Under the pieces are notes generated by a model that was not told where the DNA came from, searched no databases, and worked only from the letters and a program-made list of their open reading frames with translations. Positions 46,807-56,887 of a DNA stretch of 64,000 bases are shown one piece after another. The DNA is taken from positions 64,001 through 128,000 of IMG/VR virus record IMGVR_UViG_3300048014_000057; one strand, given 5' to 3'. Origin of the DNA: a virus. The first letter of the stretch is position 1. Each line of letters begins with the position of its first letter. The position numbers were made by a program, and so were the translations under genes.

Positions 46807-47169
46807 ATGGTAGAATCTCCTTTTAAAATCCTAAATGAGATATCAGAACATAAAGAAATTTCTAATATCTCAAACTATAATTCTTTTTTAGGAAGAAGAT
46901 TTTTTTCTAATTTTGTAGAAACGATATTTTATGCAAATGAGGCAAATAAATTTAATATTGCTTCTGAAATGGAAATTGATTTTTTTAAAAATTCTATAAA
47001 ACCCAAAAAAAGATTTTCCAAATGGTATAAATCAGAAAAAAGTAAAAATATAGAATTAATTATATCTTATTATGATTGTTCTTATAACAAAGCGAAAGAA
47101 ATACAAAAAATTATAACCAAAGAACAAATAAAAATTATTATTGAATATAATAAAGAAAAAGGAGAATAA
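46807..47169 (+). CDS. gp62: Clamp loader small subunit
   Basis: PF, Y..F...R, ANE.N, KKRFSKW.K, YY.CS..KA. Confidence 0.88.
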   Translation: MVESPFKILNEISEHKEISNISNYNSFLGRRFFSNFVETIFYANEANKFNIASEMEIDFFKNSIKPKKRFSKWYKSEKSKNIELIISYYDCSYNKAKEIQKIITKEQIKIIIEYNKEKGE

Positions 47170-47172
47170 AAT

Positions 47173-47562
47173 ATGTCATCTATTTACGATTTATTAATTG
47201 AAGTAGAAATTTTTAATCCAGAAAATTTCTTAAAAATTAAAGAAACATTATCTCGTATTGGTATTGCTTCTAAATCTACAAAAACTTTGTATCAAACATG
47301 CCATATCTTTCATCGTCGTAATAGATATTATATTGTACATTTTTTAGAAATGTTTCTTATTGATGGAAAGGGTAGGCATTTTTCAGAAGAAGATAAAGCA
47401 CGTAGAAATCAAATTGCACTTCTTTTAGAAGATTGGGGTTTATTAAAAATATTAAATCCAGAAATTTTATCTGATTCCTCTGGTATGAAAAATATTTGTA
47501 TTATTCCTTTCAAAGAAAAACAAGAATGGAAATTAGTACAAAAATATAATATTGGAAAATGA
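47173..47562 (+). CDS. regA: Translational repressor RegA
   Basis: FLKIKETLSRIGIAS, LYQTCHI.H, YYIVHF.E.F, RRN.IA.LL.DWGL. Confidence 0.95.
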   Translation: MSSIYDLLIEVEIFNPENFLKIKETLSRIGIASKSTKTLYQTCHIFHRRNRYYIVHFLEMFLIDGKGRHFSEEDKARRNQIALLLEDWGLLKILNPEILSDSSGMKNICIIPFKEKQEWKLVQKYNIGK

Positions 47563-48190
47563 AATGTTTAATATAATAACAGGACCAGTCTATTTAGTAG
47601 AAAATCTTCATTATTTAAATTGGTTTGAATATATAGGATTTTTTATTTTATTATTATTTAGTTTTTTATTATGTGCATCTGAAAGCGGATTAATATTTTT
47701 ACCAACTTTATTTTTATTAATTTATGGATTTTATTTTTGTTTTGAAAAATTTGGTTTAATTTATTTTGATTGGGTATATACTATAATTTTGTTATTAGAA
47801 TATTTTATTGTGGGATTTTTATATTCTACAATAAAATGGACAATTTTTTGTGCAAAGAAATCTTCTATTATAAAATCTGAGATGGATAACTTATTAAAAA
47901 GATATAATTCTGGTGGTTGGAAGTCTACTTTTAAAGAAGAATTAATAAGAGAAGATTATATTCCTCTTATTAGAAATTATAAATATAAAATTTTTTACTG
48001 GACTTTTTGGTGGCCTTTTGATATTGTAGTGTATATTACACAAGATTTATTTCTTAATATTTTTGATATTATATATAAAATTTCTGGATCATTTTTTACA
48101 TTTATACAAGAAAAAGTATTTGATCTTAATGGAATTGATAAAAAAATATTAAATTATGATAAGACGGTAAAATTTAATAAGGAAGATTAA
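47552..48190 (+). CDS. Membrane protein
   Basis: Multiple TM helices; KW and W..WWPF motifs. Confidence 0.65.
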   Translation: MENEMFNIITGPVYLVENLHYLNWFEYIGFFILLLFSFLLCASESGLIFLPTLFLLIYGFYFCFEKFGLIYFDWVYTIILLLEYFIVGFLYSTIKWTIFCAKKSSIIKSEMDNLLKRYNSGGWKSTFKEELIREDYIPLIRNYKYKIFYWTFWWPFDIVVYITQDLFLNIFDIIYKISGSFFTFIQEKVFDLNGIDKKILNYDKTVKFNKED

Positions 48191-48191
48191 T

Positions 48192-49067
48192 ATGCAAGTT
48201 CAATGGATTATTGATACTTTACTTCTCGAAAAACATGATGAAGGTTTTGGATTTCCTCGTATTGAAGAAGCTGTAGAAAAATGTGGACATAAAGCAATTA
48301 TTACTAAATATATTCCATTTTCTGATAAACCATTAAAAACTCCTTTTAATCCATATGAACCTACAATTTTATATGGATCATGTCAATTTGTGTCTCAATG
48401 GGAAAGACTTGGTTTACTAAAAACTGTAATTCCAGGAGCATATTTTAATAAAGAAAAATTAAAATATTCAAATTATTCATCTATTTTTGGTAGATTAATG
48501 TTGAATGATGATTATTATATGCTTCCCTATGGTGAAATTAAAAGAAGAATGAATGAAGATTTAGAAGAAGGATTATTGCCTCCTAATTTTAAAAATAAAA
48601 AATTATTTCTAAGACCAGATGTTGTTATAAAATCTTTTGCTGGTAGAGTATTTGAATTTGATACAATGGAAGATGATGTAAATCAATTATCTCAATATGA
48701 AAAAATTTCTGATTTTGAATTATGTGTTATATCTTCACCTAAAAAAATAATTGGAGAATATCGTCACGTAGTTTGTAATAATGAAATAGTAGGACAATCT
48801 CAATATCAACGTGATGGTAAATTAGATATTCAAATTGATGTAGAACCAGAATGTCAAAAATTGGTTAAATATATTATTAATAATTATGAACAACCTGATA
48901 ATGTGTATGTTGTGGATACAGCCTTAACAGAAGATGGATCTAGGATTGTAGAATTTAATTCCTTTTCATGTTCTGGATTGTATGCTATGGATACAATGTC
49001 TATTGTCAGGAATGTTTCACAAGCTGCAATAGATGAATATAATTATCTTAAAAAGGATGTAATATAG
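48192..49067 (+). CDS. ATP-grasp domain protein (DUF4343/R2K-like)
   Basis: YGS, LN, FLRP....KSF.G, EYR.VV, SQY, V.D, IVEFNSFSCSGLY. Confidence 0.8.
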   Translation: MQVQWIIDTLLLEKHDEGFGFPRIEEAVEKCGHKAIITKYIPFSDKPLKTPFNPYEPTILYGSCQFVSQWERLGLLKTVIPGAYFNKEKLKYSNYSSIFGRLMLNDDYYMLPYGEIKRRMNEDLEEGLLPPNFKNKKLFLRPDVVIKSFAGRVFEFDTMEDDVNQLSQYEKISDFELCVISSPKKIIGEYRHVVCNNEIVGQSQYQRDGKLDIQIDVEPECQKLVKYIINNYEQPDNVYVVDTALTEDGSRIVEFNSFSCSGLYAMDTMSIVRNVSQAAIDEYNYLKKDVI

Positions 49068-49261
49068 TGGATTTATATATAATAATTTTTGGTTCTTTAT
49101 ATATTATAGGATTTCCTGTTTGTGTAGGATTTTGGGTGAATAGAAGTTCTAGTATTCTTTATAAGGAAGAATCTGCTGTAATTTTTGGTTTAATTTGGCC
49201 TATTGCGCTTTCTTTTTATTTTCTATATAAACTAGGAAAAACCATAAAGGTATCAAAATGA
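49067..49261 (+). CDS. Small membrane protein
   Basis: Two TM helices and a WP motif. Confidence 0.55.
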   Translation: MDLYIIIFGSLYIIGFPVCVGFWVNRSSSILYKEESAVIFGLIWPIALSFYFLYKLGKTIKVSK

Positions 49262-49446
49262 AACCTGATACTTTTAATCACGAATGCACCAATTCTGAAA
49301 TTTGTATCGGAAATTCTTCTGAAGAACCTTATAAACTTTTTTTATTACCATTAATAAAAGAATTAGATAAAAATATGTGGGAAAATATAGAAGAAAATCC
49401 AAAAGAGTATGAAATAGAAGAAGATAAATATGAAGGAGATCGATAA
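49258..49446 (+). CDS. Hypothetical protein
   Basis: Coupled ORF. Confidence 0.5.
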   Translation: MKPDTFNHECTNSEICIGNSSEEPYKLFLLPLIKELDKNMWENIEENPKEYEIEEDKYEGDR

Positions 49447-49875
49447 ATGAAAAGATATTCCTGTGGGCTGATTTTTAATCAGAATAATTCTGAAATTTTA
49501 CTTATTAGAAAAAATCGTCCTGCCAATCAAATTGGGATGTTTAATGGTATTGGCGGAAAGACAGAAGAAGGTGAAACTATTTTATATAGTATAATTAGAG
49601 AATCCCATGAAGAAACTACTATAAAAGATGAAGCATGGATTTCTATTTGTGACTTAAAAGGAAAAGATTTCTATATTGGATTTTATGCAATTTATGATCA
49701 AGATTTTTCATTAATTCAACCATTAACTGATGAATATCTTTATCCAATGAAGGTAAAAGATATTTTTGATCAAAACTATTATTTTTATAATTATATAATG
49801 CCTAATCTTAGAGTGGTTATTTCATTAGCTCTAGATAATTCCGGTATTATTCTTCCAATTCTTTTGGAGGAATAA
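49447..49875 (+). CDS. NUDIX hydrolase
   Basis: NGIGGKTEEGET......RES.EET Nudix box. Confidence 0.88.
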   Translation: MKRYSCGLIFNQNNSEILLIRKNRPANQIGMFNGIGGKTEEGETILYSIIRESHEETTIKDEAWISICDLKGKDFYIGFYAIYDQDFSLIQPLTDEYLYPMKVKDIFDQNYYFYNYIMPNLRVVISLALDNSGIILPILLEE

Positions 49876-49876
49876 A

Positions 49877-50152
49877 ATGTCATATAATCCGTTACCTGAT
49901 TATAGAAGTGTTGTAGAAAAATGGGGTTCATGTCATATAGAAATTTATGATGATTTATTAAGAAATATATTAACTTGGGAAGATTTGTTAGTAGAAAATT
50001 GTTCATGGACAGGAGAAATTAATTGTAATAATAAAATATATTATTGTGAAATTAAATCACCTAAATTATCACCAGGATATCACGGAGTAATGAATATTGT
50101 TATTGATTGGGAAGAATTATATTATTATTTAAAAAAAAATTTAGACACATAA
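49877..50152 (+). CDS. Hypothetical protein
   Basis: SD GGAGG. Confidence 0.6.
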   Translation: MSYNPLPDYRSVVEKWGSCHIEIYDDLLRNILTWEDLLVENCSWTGEINCNNKIYYCEIKSPKLSPGYHGVMNIVIDWEELYYYLKKNLDT

Positions 50153-50167
50153 AAAAGGAAATAAAAA

Positions 50168-50257
50168 TTGCACGCTAGAAAAAATAGACCAAGAACCGGA
50201 AGAAGAAAAATTGGATCAAAGAAAAGACGAGCTAAAAGATTAAATAAAAAGAGATAA
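50168..50257 (+). CDS. 29-aa highly basic peptide
   Basis: SD AAGGA then TTG; MHARKNRPRTGRRKIGSKKRRAKRLNKKR; fills the gap. Confidence 0.6.
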   Translation: MHARKNRPRTGRRKIGSKKRRAKRLNKKR

Positions 50258-50267
50258 GGATTATTTA

Positions 50268-51269
50268 ATGAACATAATAATGAAGACCACATTTGGGTCG
50301 CATTTATATGGTACGAATACAGAAACTTCAGATAAAGATTATAAATCTATATATATTCCAGATGCAAATGATATTTTATTACAAAGAATAAAAGAATCGA
50401 TCTCTCAAAAAAGAGAAAAAAACGCATTTGAAAAAAATAATTCCAATGATATTGATGAAGAAATTTATTCTCTTGATAAATTTTTAAAATTAGTGTCGGA
50501 AGGTCAAACTGTTTCTTTGGATATGTTATTTACAAATAATAAATTTATTTTAGAAAAAAATTATATATGGAATAGAATTGTTAGTAATCGTCATAGATTA
50601 CTTACCAAGAATTGTAAAGCTGCTATTGGTTATTGTCGTCAACAAGCCAATAAATATGGAATTAAAGGTTCAAGAGTAGCTGCTGTAAGAGACACTTTAG
50701 ATTTTTTAAATCATCTTGTTCAAATAATGGGTAATAATAAAAAACTTGGAAATTATGCATCTAAAATTGATGTATTTGTTCAAGGAAAAGAATTTATTTC
50801 TATTGATGATATTACATTACCTAATAGTGATATAATAAGACATTTAACAGTATGTAATAGAAAATTACCCTATACATCTTCTGTAAGTAACGCATATTCA
50901 ATAGTAAAAAATATTTTTAATGAATATGGAAAAAGAGCCTTACAAGCCGAAAAAAATGAAGGCATTGATTGGAAAGCTCTTTCACATGCTGTTAGAATTG
51001 CTTAACAAACCATTGAAATTTTTCAAACTGGCAATATAGAATTTCCACGTCGTAATTCATCTTTTCTTAAAAATATTAAAGCTGGTGAATATTCATATGG
51101 ATTTGTGTCAAGTCTAATTGATAATCTTTTAATTAGAGTTGAAGAAGAAAGTGTAAAATCTTATTTACCAGATAATGTAGATAAAAAATGGATTGAAAAT
51201 TTTCTTGTTGACATTTATGGAGATGTAGTGTACGATTATTATCGTGATAATTATTATGATGGAGAATGA
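50268..51269 (+). pseudogene. Nucleotidyltransferase (T4 nrdC.11-like) with an in-frame TAA at 51003-51005 (pseudogene or read-through)
   Basis: FGSHLYGT....SD.DY, YG.KGSR, DWKALSHAVRIA*Q..E..QTG.I.FPR.....L..IK.G; open for 87 more codons after the stop (333 codons in total). Confidence 0.85.
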
Positions 51270-51520
51270 AAATGGGTTTCAAACAGGATGTCGAATTTTC
51301 CTTAATACACAAGTATATTTGGACACATTCTATATCTCAAATTATTTGGATAGGAATTAAAATCTTAATAATAAGAGGAATGCTTTTGTTGGTATTTCTT
51401 GGGATACTTTTTGGTTTAGTTAATTTGGGAGATATTTCACGTCATCAAAACCAAATTAATCAAGAAAAATTTAATAAATGTATTTTAGAAAATCCTTCTA
51501 ATACAAAAATATGTTATTAA
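51266..51520 (+). CDS. Small membrane protein
   Basis: ATGA-coupled to the true end of the nucleotidyltransferase frame. Confidence 0.55.
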   Translation: MKMGFKQDVEFSLIHKYIWTHSISQIIWIGIKILIIRGMLLLVFLGILFGLVNLGDISRHQNQINQEKFNKCILENPSNTKICY

Positions 51521-51527
51521 AAAAATA

Positions 51528-51574
51528 AAATTCTCCTTTTATAATAAATATATAAAATCATAAAAGGAGAATTT
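51528..51574 (+). promoter_or_regulatory. 15-bp SD-sequestering hairpin with a late promoter in its loop
   Basis: aaattctccttttat (51528-51542) pairs with ataaaaggagaattt (51560-51574); AATAAATA at 51543-51550. Confidence 0.8.
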
Positions 51575-51577
51575 AAA

Positions 51578-51934
51578 ATTATTACATTTCTTCTAAGTCC
51601 TTTGGGTAAAATTGTTGGATATGCATTAGGATTAATATCACTTGCTGGTGTTATTTTTGGATGGTATGAATTACAGATTTCAAATGCTAAAAAAGAAGCA
51701 TTAATTTCTTTTAATCAAAAACAATTAGAACAAGTTGTTAAAGATCAAAAAACTTTATCTGATGAAATGCAAAATTTACAAATAAAAGAAAAAACAATAG
51801 AAGATGAAAATACAAAATTAAATAATACTATAAAAGATGTATCTTCTGCTGCTGAATTAGCTATTAAAAATTCCACAGATAAACAATTTGATCCTATCTT
51901 TAATCAAATTTTGAAATCATTAAAAGGAAAATAA
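51578..51934 (+). CDS. Inner-membrane spanin (Rz-like), probable ATT start
   Basis: N-terminal TM helix plus coiled coil; SD AGGAG 8 nt before ATT at 51578; precedes a lipoprotein gene. Confidence 0.7.
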   Translation: MITFLLSPLGKIVGYALGLISLAGVIFGWYELQISNAKKEALISFNQKQLEQVVKDQKTLSDEMQNLQIKEKTIEDENTKLNNTIKDVSSAAELAIKNSTDKQFDPIFNQILKSLKGK

Positions 51935-51935
51935 T

Positions 51936-52208
51936 ATGAAAAAATTTATAATTGGAAGTATTTTTTTATTTTTATCTGGTTGTGCTTCTGCTCCTGTTCC
52001 TGTTAATATTATAACGACTAAATATAAAGTTGTGATTCCTCCTGCATCTATGTTAAGGTGTGGTCAGGTTAAATTACCTGATATTTTTTTTGATAATAAA
52101 GGAGTTGCACAAAGTTATATTAAACTTTGGAAGCATAATCAATTTTGTAGCAATAACATGAAAGCAATTAAAAATTATTTTAATGAGGCACAAAGCACTG
52201 TAAAATAG
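51936..52208 (+). CDS. Outer-membrane spanin lipoprotein (Rz1-like)
   Basis: Lipobox LSGC, Pro-rich, PP..ML.C, C-terminal Cys. Confidence 0.75.
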   Translation: MKKFIIGSIFLFLSGCASAPVPVNIITTKYKVVIPPASMLRCGQVKLPDIFFDNKGVAQSYIKLWKHNQFCSNNMKAIKNYFNEAQSTVK

Positions 52209-52217
52209 GAAGTTAAT

Positions 52218-52424
52218 ATGAGTGATATAAATGATTTCGTCATTGTTTGTGATGAAACAAATAATAATAAAAAAAGTATAAAAAATAGAGAATTAAATAT
52301 TTCTTTTTATATTCCTATAGATGAAGTAAAATATTATGCTTCTTTTGATTGTATTAATGATAAAATAGAAAATATTAATATAAAACTCTATATAGAGTTG
52401 GTGAGTATTGGTATGAAGAAATAA
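52218..52424 (+). CDS. Hypothetical protein
   Basis: SD AGGA. Confidence 0.5.
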   Translation: MSDINDFVIVCDETNNNKKSIKNRELNISFYIPIDEVKYYASFDCINDKIENINIKLYIELVSIGMKK

Positions 52425-52438
52425 TATAAGGAAATTTT

Positions 52439-53065
52439 ATGAGTAAATTTTATGTTATAGAAGGTGGAGAAGGTGTCGGAAAATCCACACAAATTAACCT
52501 ATTACAAGAATATTTTGAAAAAAATAACATTCCGTCTATAAAAACCAAAGAGCCTGGAGGTTCTTATATAGCAGAAAAGATTGGTCAGCTTATATTATCC
52601 CAAGCTGCCGATATTGATGAATTAACAACATTTTATCTTTTTCAGGCTTCACGAAGAGAACATCTTATCAATACTATTATTCCTAATTTAAAACAAGGTA
52701 ATATTGTAATTTGTGATAGATATTATGATTCTACAGATGTTTATCAAAATAAAATTCCTGTAGAGTTTCGTAATAGGTGTAAATTAGAAACATTAAAAGT
52801 TGACAATTATTATGATTCTTATTCAGTTCCTAATGTAGTTTTTCTACTTGATTTAGATGCCAAAAAAGCCTTAGAAAGAGTAAAAAATAGAGTAAAACTT
52901 AATAATTATTATGATAATGTTTCTCTTGAAATTTTTGAAGAAAGAAGAAGACTATATTTAGAAATTGCCAAAAAAAATCCTAGAATATATGTTATAAATG
53001 CTGATAGAGAAAAAAATGAAATTCATGAAGAAATAATTCAAATTATAAAGGATAAATTAAAATGA
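52439..53065 (+). CDS. tmk: Thymidylate kinase
   Basis: IEGGEGVGKSTQ, KEPGG, LF.A.R.EH, ICDRY.DS..YQ. Confidence 0.92.
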   Translation: MSKFYVIEGGEGVGKSTQINLLQEYFEKNNIPSIKTKEPGGSYIAEKIGQLILSQAADIDELTTFYLFQASRREHLINTIIPNLKQGNIVICDRYYDSTDVYQNKIPVEFRNRCKLETLKVDNYYDSYSVPNVVFLLDLDAKKALERVKNRVKLNNYYDNVSLEIFEERRRLYLEIAKKNPRIYVINADREKNEIHEEIIQIIKDKLK

Positions 53066-54075
53066 AAACATATGTTGGAATTGTAAGAGATCATTCGGCT
53101 TCTATGCGTCCTTTACAAAAAGGAGCTATTAACGATTATAATCTTCTCATTGACGGAATTAAAAATTCTGTACAAGGGTTTAATCAAGAAGCCTATGTTA
53201 CAGTAGTAGAATGTGGAGTTGGTTATTTAGCCGATGTAAGAGTTAAAGAAAAAAATGTAAATATTAATAATATAAAACATTTAACAACATATGAAACAAA
53301 TGGTTCTGGTACTCCATTATTTGATTCGGTAGGCACTATTGTTAAAGAATTAGAAAATATTGGTGATAATAGTTCTGATTCTGCATATTTACTTATGGTA
53401 GTTACTGATGGACAAAATAATGTATATAAACAATTTGATGGTCCTTCTATTTCTAGAATTATTAAAACTTTACAAGCAACAGATAAATGGACATTTGTAT
53501 TTAGAGTACCCGAAGGATATGCATCTGAATTAATTAGACTTGGCATTCCTTCTGGAAATATTATGGAATGGGAACAGACTGATAAAGGTATTGTTGAGTC
53601 CAGTGTAATTAATCAACAAGCTACTCAATCTTATTTTACAGCAAGATCATTAGGTCAAACATCTACTTCTAGATATTATACAGATTTAAGTAATGTAAAA
53701 ATATCGGAAGTTAAACAGGTATTAGAAGATGTTACTGATAAAGTTCATATTTCATGGATTCCATTTCATTATCATGGAAAAATGATTCGTGAATTTTGTG
53801 AAGAAACTTTTGGAGAATATAGAATTGGTTCTGCATATTATCAATTAACAAAACCAGAAAAATTGCAAGAAACTAAGAAAATTTGTATTAAACATCTTAA
53901 ATCAGGAAAAACATATACTGGTTCCTACGCTCGTACAGTCTTAGGACTTCCTTCTTATGGTGAAGTTAAAATTGCACCTAAAGATCATGGTCAATATGAA
54001 ATCTTTATTCAATCAACTTCTGTTAATAGAAAATTAATTGGTGATACGAGATTGTTATATTACAAAACTTTATAA
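53062..54075 (+). CDS. vWA domain protein
   Basis: DHSASM (MIDAS), GTPLFD, VTDGQNN, C-terminal QSTS.NRKL. Confidence 0.82.
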   Translation: MKTYVGIVRDHSASMRPLQKGAINDYNLLIDGIKNSVQGFNQEAYVTVVECGVGYLADVRVKEKNVNINNIKHLTTYETNGSGTPLFDSVGTIVKELENIGDNSSDSAYLLMVVTDGQNNVYKQFDGPSISRIIKTLQATDKWTFVFRVPEGYASELIRLGIPSGNIMEWEQTDKGIVESSVINQQATQSYFTARSLGQTSTSRYYTDLSNVKISEVKQVLEDVTDKVHISWIPFHYHGKMIREFCEETFGEYRIGSAYYQLTKPEKLQETKKICIKHLKSGKTYTGSYARTVLGLPSYGEVKIAPKDHGQYEIFIQSTSVNRKLIGDTRLLYYKTL

Positions 54076-54086
54076 GGAAATATAAA

Positions 54087-54344
54087 ATAAAAAATATAGT
54101 TGGAATTACTCAAGTTATTGAAGTTGAAATAGATGAAACAAAATTTACTTATGAATTTATGAAAGAATTTATAGAATCATTCTATAAATTCAATTGTATT
54201 GAAGAACATATTGAATTTCTTGCACAATTATATGCAAGAGGAATAATTCATGATTTTTCTGATTTTATAGAAGGTTATGGAAATCCTAAAGATTTTGGTA
54301 TTAAGTTTAGAGTTCTAGATATTTCATCTGAATTAAATGCCTAG
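54087..54344 (+). CDS. Hypothetical phage protein, probable ATA start
   Basis: The frame extends upstream of the track ATG (IKNIVGITQVIEVEIDETKF); SD AAGGA 8 nt before ATA at 54087. Confidence 0.6.
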   Translation: MKNIVGITQVIEVEIDETKFTYEFMKEFIESFYKFNCIEEHIEFLAQLYARGIIHDFSDFIEGYGNPKDFGIKFRVLDISSELNA

Positions 54345-55154
54345 ATAAAAATAAGGATCAGCATTAGGTGCAAGAGTAGTTGTTACGATAAAATCATCGG
54401 AAGTATTAGAAACATAAACATAAGAATAAGCATTGGAAGATATTGAATTATTAGAGATATCTTCCATACCAAAATTCTTATAGTAATTATTGGAAGAAAT
54501 ATTGTCGGAAACATAAATGCCCACATTGGCAAGATTAATGACAGGGGAAGTTTTAATAGGACCATAAAAGGCACCTTTTAGAGTAAAACCCAAAACCCAA
54601 ATTATTACAGACCTATTTTTAAAATTTGAATTTTCATCATCATCAAGTTTAACTCCATTTAAGATAATAGGAACATCTGTAGGAGGAATATCCGGAAACA
54701 TAATTGCTCTAATTGTAAAATCTGGTGTAAAAAAAGGAAGTATTTGTTCTAGAATTTTTGTTCCATCTTCATTATTTTTTACATATATATAAACCTCAAA
54801 ATGAATATCATAAGGAACCGGATTATAATTAAATGTTACAGAAGAATTAGAAGAAGAAAGATTAGTAAAATTTCTTCCAATAGTATTAAATTTTCTGGTG
54901 GTATCATAAACAATATCCTTGATTTCAAAGGATATTACAGGTAAAATAATTGCATCTTCTCTATTAATAGCAGGGTCAGAAATAACTCTAGTTAACATTT
55001 TTTCTTTTTTAGCATATTGAATTGGTACATTAACAATTTGAGTTACATTATTAGAAGAATCATTTCTATTAATTATTAGATTATTAAATACTGATCCCAT
55101 TAAAAAAACATATTTTTTAATTGTAGAATAATAAAAATAATCGTTATTTAACAA
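54333..55154 (-). CDS. gp15: Tail sheath stabilizer / terminator
   Basis: FYY.TIKKYV..G.VFN, VPI.YA.KEK, YNPVPY, ILEQILPFFTP, GPI. Confidence 0.93.
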   Translation of the reverse strand: MLNNDYFYYSTIKKYVFLMGSVFNNLIINRNDSSNNVTQIVNVPIQYAKKEKMLTRVISDPAINREDAIILPVISFEIKDIVYDTTRKFNTIGRNFTNLSSSNSSVTFNYNPVPYDIHFEVYIYVKNNEDGTKILEQILPFFTPDFTIRAIMFPDIPPTDVPIILNGVKLDDDENSNFKNRSVIIWVLGFTLKGAFYGPIKTSPVINLANVGIYVSDNISSNNYYKNFGMEDISNNSISSNAYSYVYVSNTSDDFIVTTTLAPNADPYFYLGI

Positions 55155-55167
55155 TTATATATTCCTT

Positions 55168-55377
55168 TTATGAAAAATATAATTGATATATTTTAAAAGA
55201 CATTTCTTTAATATCTTCCATCATTACATTTTCATCCATTGTGTCATCAGGCATCATTCCATCATTATTTCCAGAACTTTCTCCACCATCGGAGTCATTA
55301 GTTTCATATCCCATGTTATCGCTTCCTGTAGTATCATTAGGATGTATTGATGCATGAATCATATTTTTATTTTTCAT
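55168..55377 (-). CDS. Small acidic protein inserted between gp14 and gp15
   Basis: SD AAGGA; IHASIH motif; D/M/G-rich. Confidence 0.55.
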   Translation of the reverse strand: MKNKNMIHASIHPNDTTGSDNMGYETNDSDGGESSGNNDGMMPDDTMDENVMMEDIKEMSFKIYQLYFS

Positions 55378-55400
55378 TAAATTTTCCTTTTAATTATTTA

Positions 55401-56135
55401 TTAAGAAACGAAACCAAATGGATTAGATTCCGATGTAGAAACAAGAGGAATAACATCTGTATTAAGTGTATCTTCATCGGTTATTATATCAATATTTTGT
55501 ACATCATAAGATTCGAGAGTAATTCTATTACCATTTTCATCTGTGAGAATTGATCCTTCATCTGATTGTACAACATTATCAAGAATATTTAATGAAGAAA
55601 GAGTTTGTATAGAATCAATTTCTGATATTTCTGTATTAAATGTTTCATTGGAATATTCAAATAATTCACAAGTTAATCTATAAAGGGGAAGAACACCAAG
55701 AGGATAAAAAATTTCTTTATTATTAGTAAATTTAACTTGAAAACATTTTTGATTTAATTTAAAATATATTAAATCTCCTTCATCTGGTCTTTCAGAATTT
55801 GATATTGGTTTTATTGTTCTATCAAATATTCTTTTTGGTATTGTAACTGTTATTTGGTCTCTAATTTCAAGTCCAAATTTAGAAAAAATATCTTTTTGTC
55901 CTCCGAATCCATCAATAGATTCTAAATAACAAATTGTTTCTATTGCATTTGTATATGATGATTGATCATCTGTTTCATAAATTTTATCAAAATTTACAAT
56001 ATTTCTTGGTATATAATAAATTTCAATTCCTGCCATTTGAACAGCTTGACAAAGTAAATCCTGATATAACTCTTGTTCTGGTTGAAAATTATATCTATTA
56101 AAAAAAGGATTAAGATAATTTTGTGGAGTTGTCAT
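55401..56135 (-). CDS. gp14: Neck protein
   Basis: EQ.L..DL, G..IYYIPR, GF.G..D..SKFGLEIRD, RP.EGDLIYF, CELFEYSNE, ESNPFG. Confidence 0.95.
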   Translation of the reverse strand: MTTPQNYLNPFFNRYNFQPEQELYQDLLCQAVQMAGIEIYYIPRNIVNFDKIYETDDQSSYTNAIETICYLESIDGFGGQKDIFSKFGLEIRDQITVTIPKRIFDRTIKPISNSERPDEGDLIYFKLNQKCFQVKFTNNKEIFYPLGVLPLYRLTCELFEYSNETFNTEISEIDSIQTLSSLNILDNVVQSDEGSILTDENGNRITLESYDVQNIDIITDEDTLNTDVIPLVSTSESNPFGFVS

Positions 56136-56149
56136 TTATTATTTTTATT

Positions 56150-56887
56150 TTAACCGATAAACATATTAGGTGGTATAGAAAATGCTTTAAGTAATTTCTT
56201 TTCTAATCTTTCTATTTCCATAGTAGCATCATTATATATTTTTTGTCCATTTAATTTTATTTGTCCAGGCATAGGCAATTCCATCAGACTTAAAATTGAT
56301 CCCCATCTTTGTTTTATTTGTGCGGTACAATAATCCTGTGCCCATTTATCACTCCATAAACCAGAATAAACCGTAGGATCAAGAACCATGTAACATTCTA
56401 CACAAAGAAACTCCCCAACTGTAATTTGATCCCAATCCATATCCAAGTAACAAATATTATTATGACGATTATAACGAATAGGTTGTTGTCCAACTAACAT
56501 TTGTTCTAAAAATTGTACATGCTCCATAACCATATAATAAGGAATTAAGGAAACATTGGAAATATTATAAAGATCATTAATGACGAATTGATATCTCATA
56601 TTAAAAAGAGAATTGGTATTTAAAGCATCACCAATAGGAAAAAGTCTAACAGCACCAATAATATTTTGAGGAAGAGTAATATAACGATTCTGAATATCCT
56701 GTTCTGTTACAGAATAAGTATAATATGTTTTATCACTTCCTTCCATATGATATGTTGCATATAAATATAACATAGCATCTACAGCATCATCAACTTGTTC
56801 TTCTGAAACATTTATTTGAATTACTGGTGCGCCGAGTTTACGTAGACAATAATTTTTAAAATCTTGACGATTAGTAGGTACAGTCAT
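56150..56887 (-). CDS. gp13: Neck protein
   Basis: YCLRKLGAPVIQINV...Q.DD, K..WG..L, LNG..IY.DA, PP.MFIG. Confidence 0.95.
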   Translation of the reverse strand: MTVPTNRQDFKNYCLRKLGAPVIQINVSEEQVDDAVDAMLYLYATYHMEGSDKTYYTYSVTEQDIQNRYITLPQNIIGAVRLFPIGDALNTNSLFNMRYQFVINDLYNISNVSLIPYYMVMEHVQFLEQMLVGQQPIRYNRHNNICYLDMDWDQITVGEFLCVECYMVLDPTVYSGLWSDKWAQDYCTAQIKQRWGSILSLMELPMPGQIKLNGQKIYNDATMEIERLEKKLLKAFSIPPNMFIG

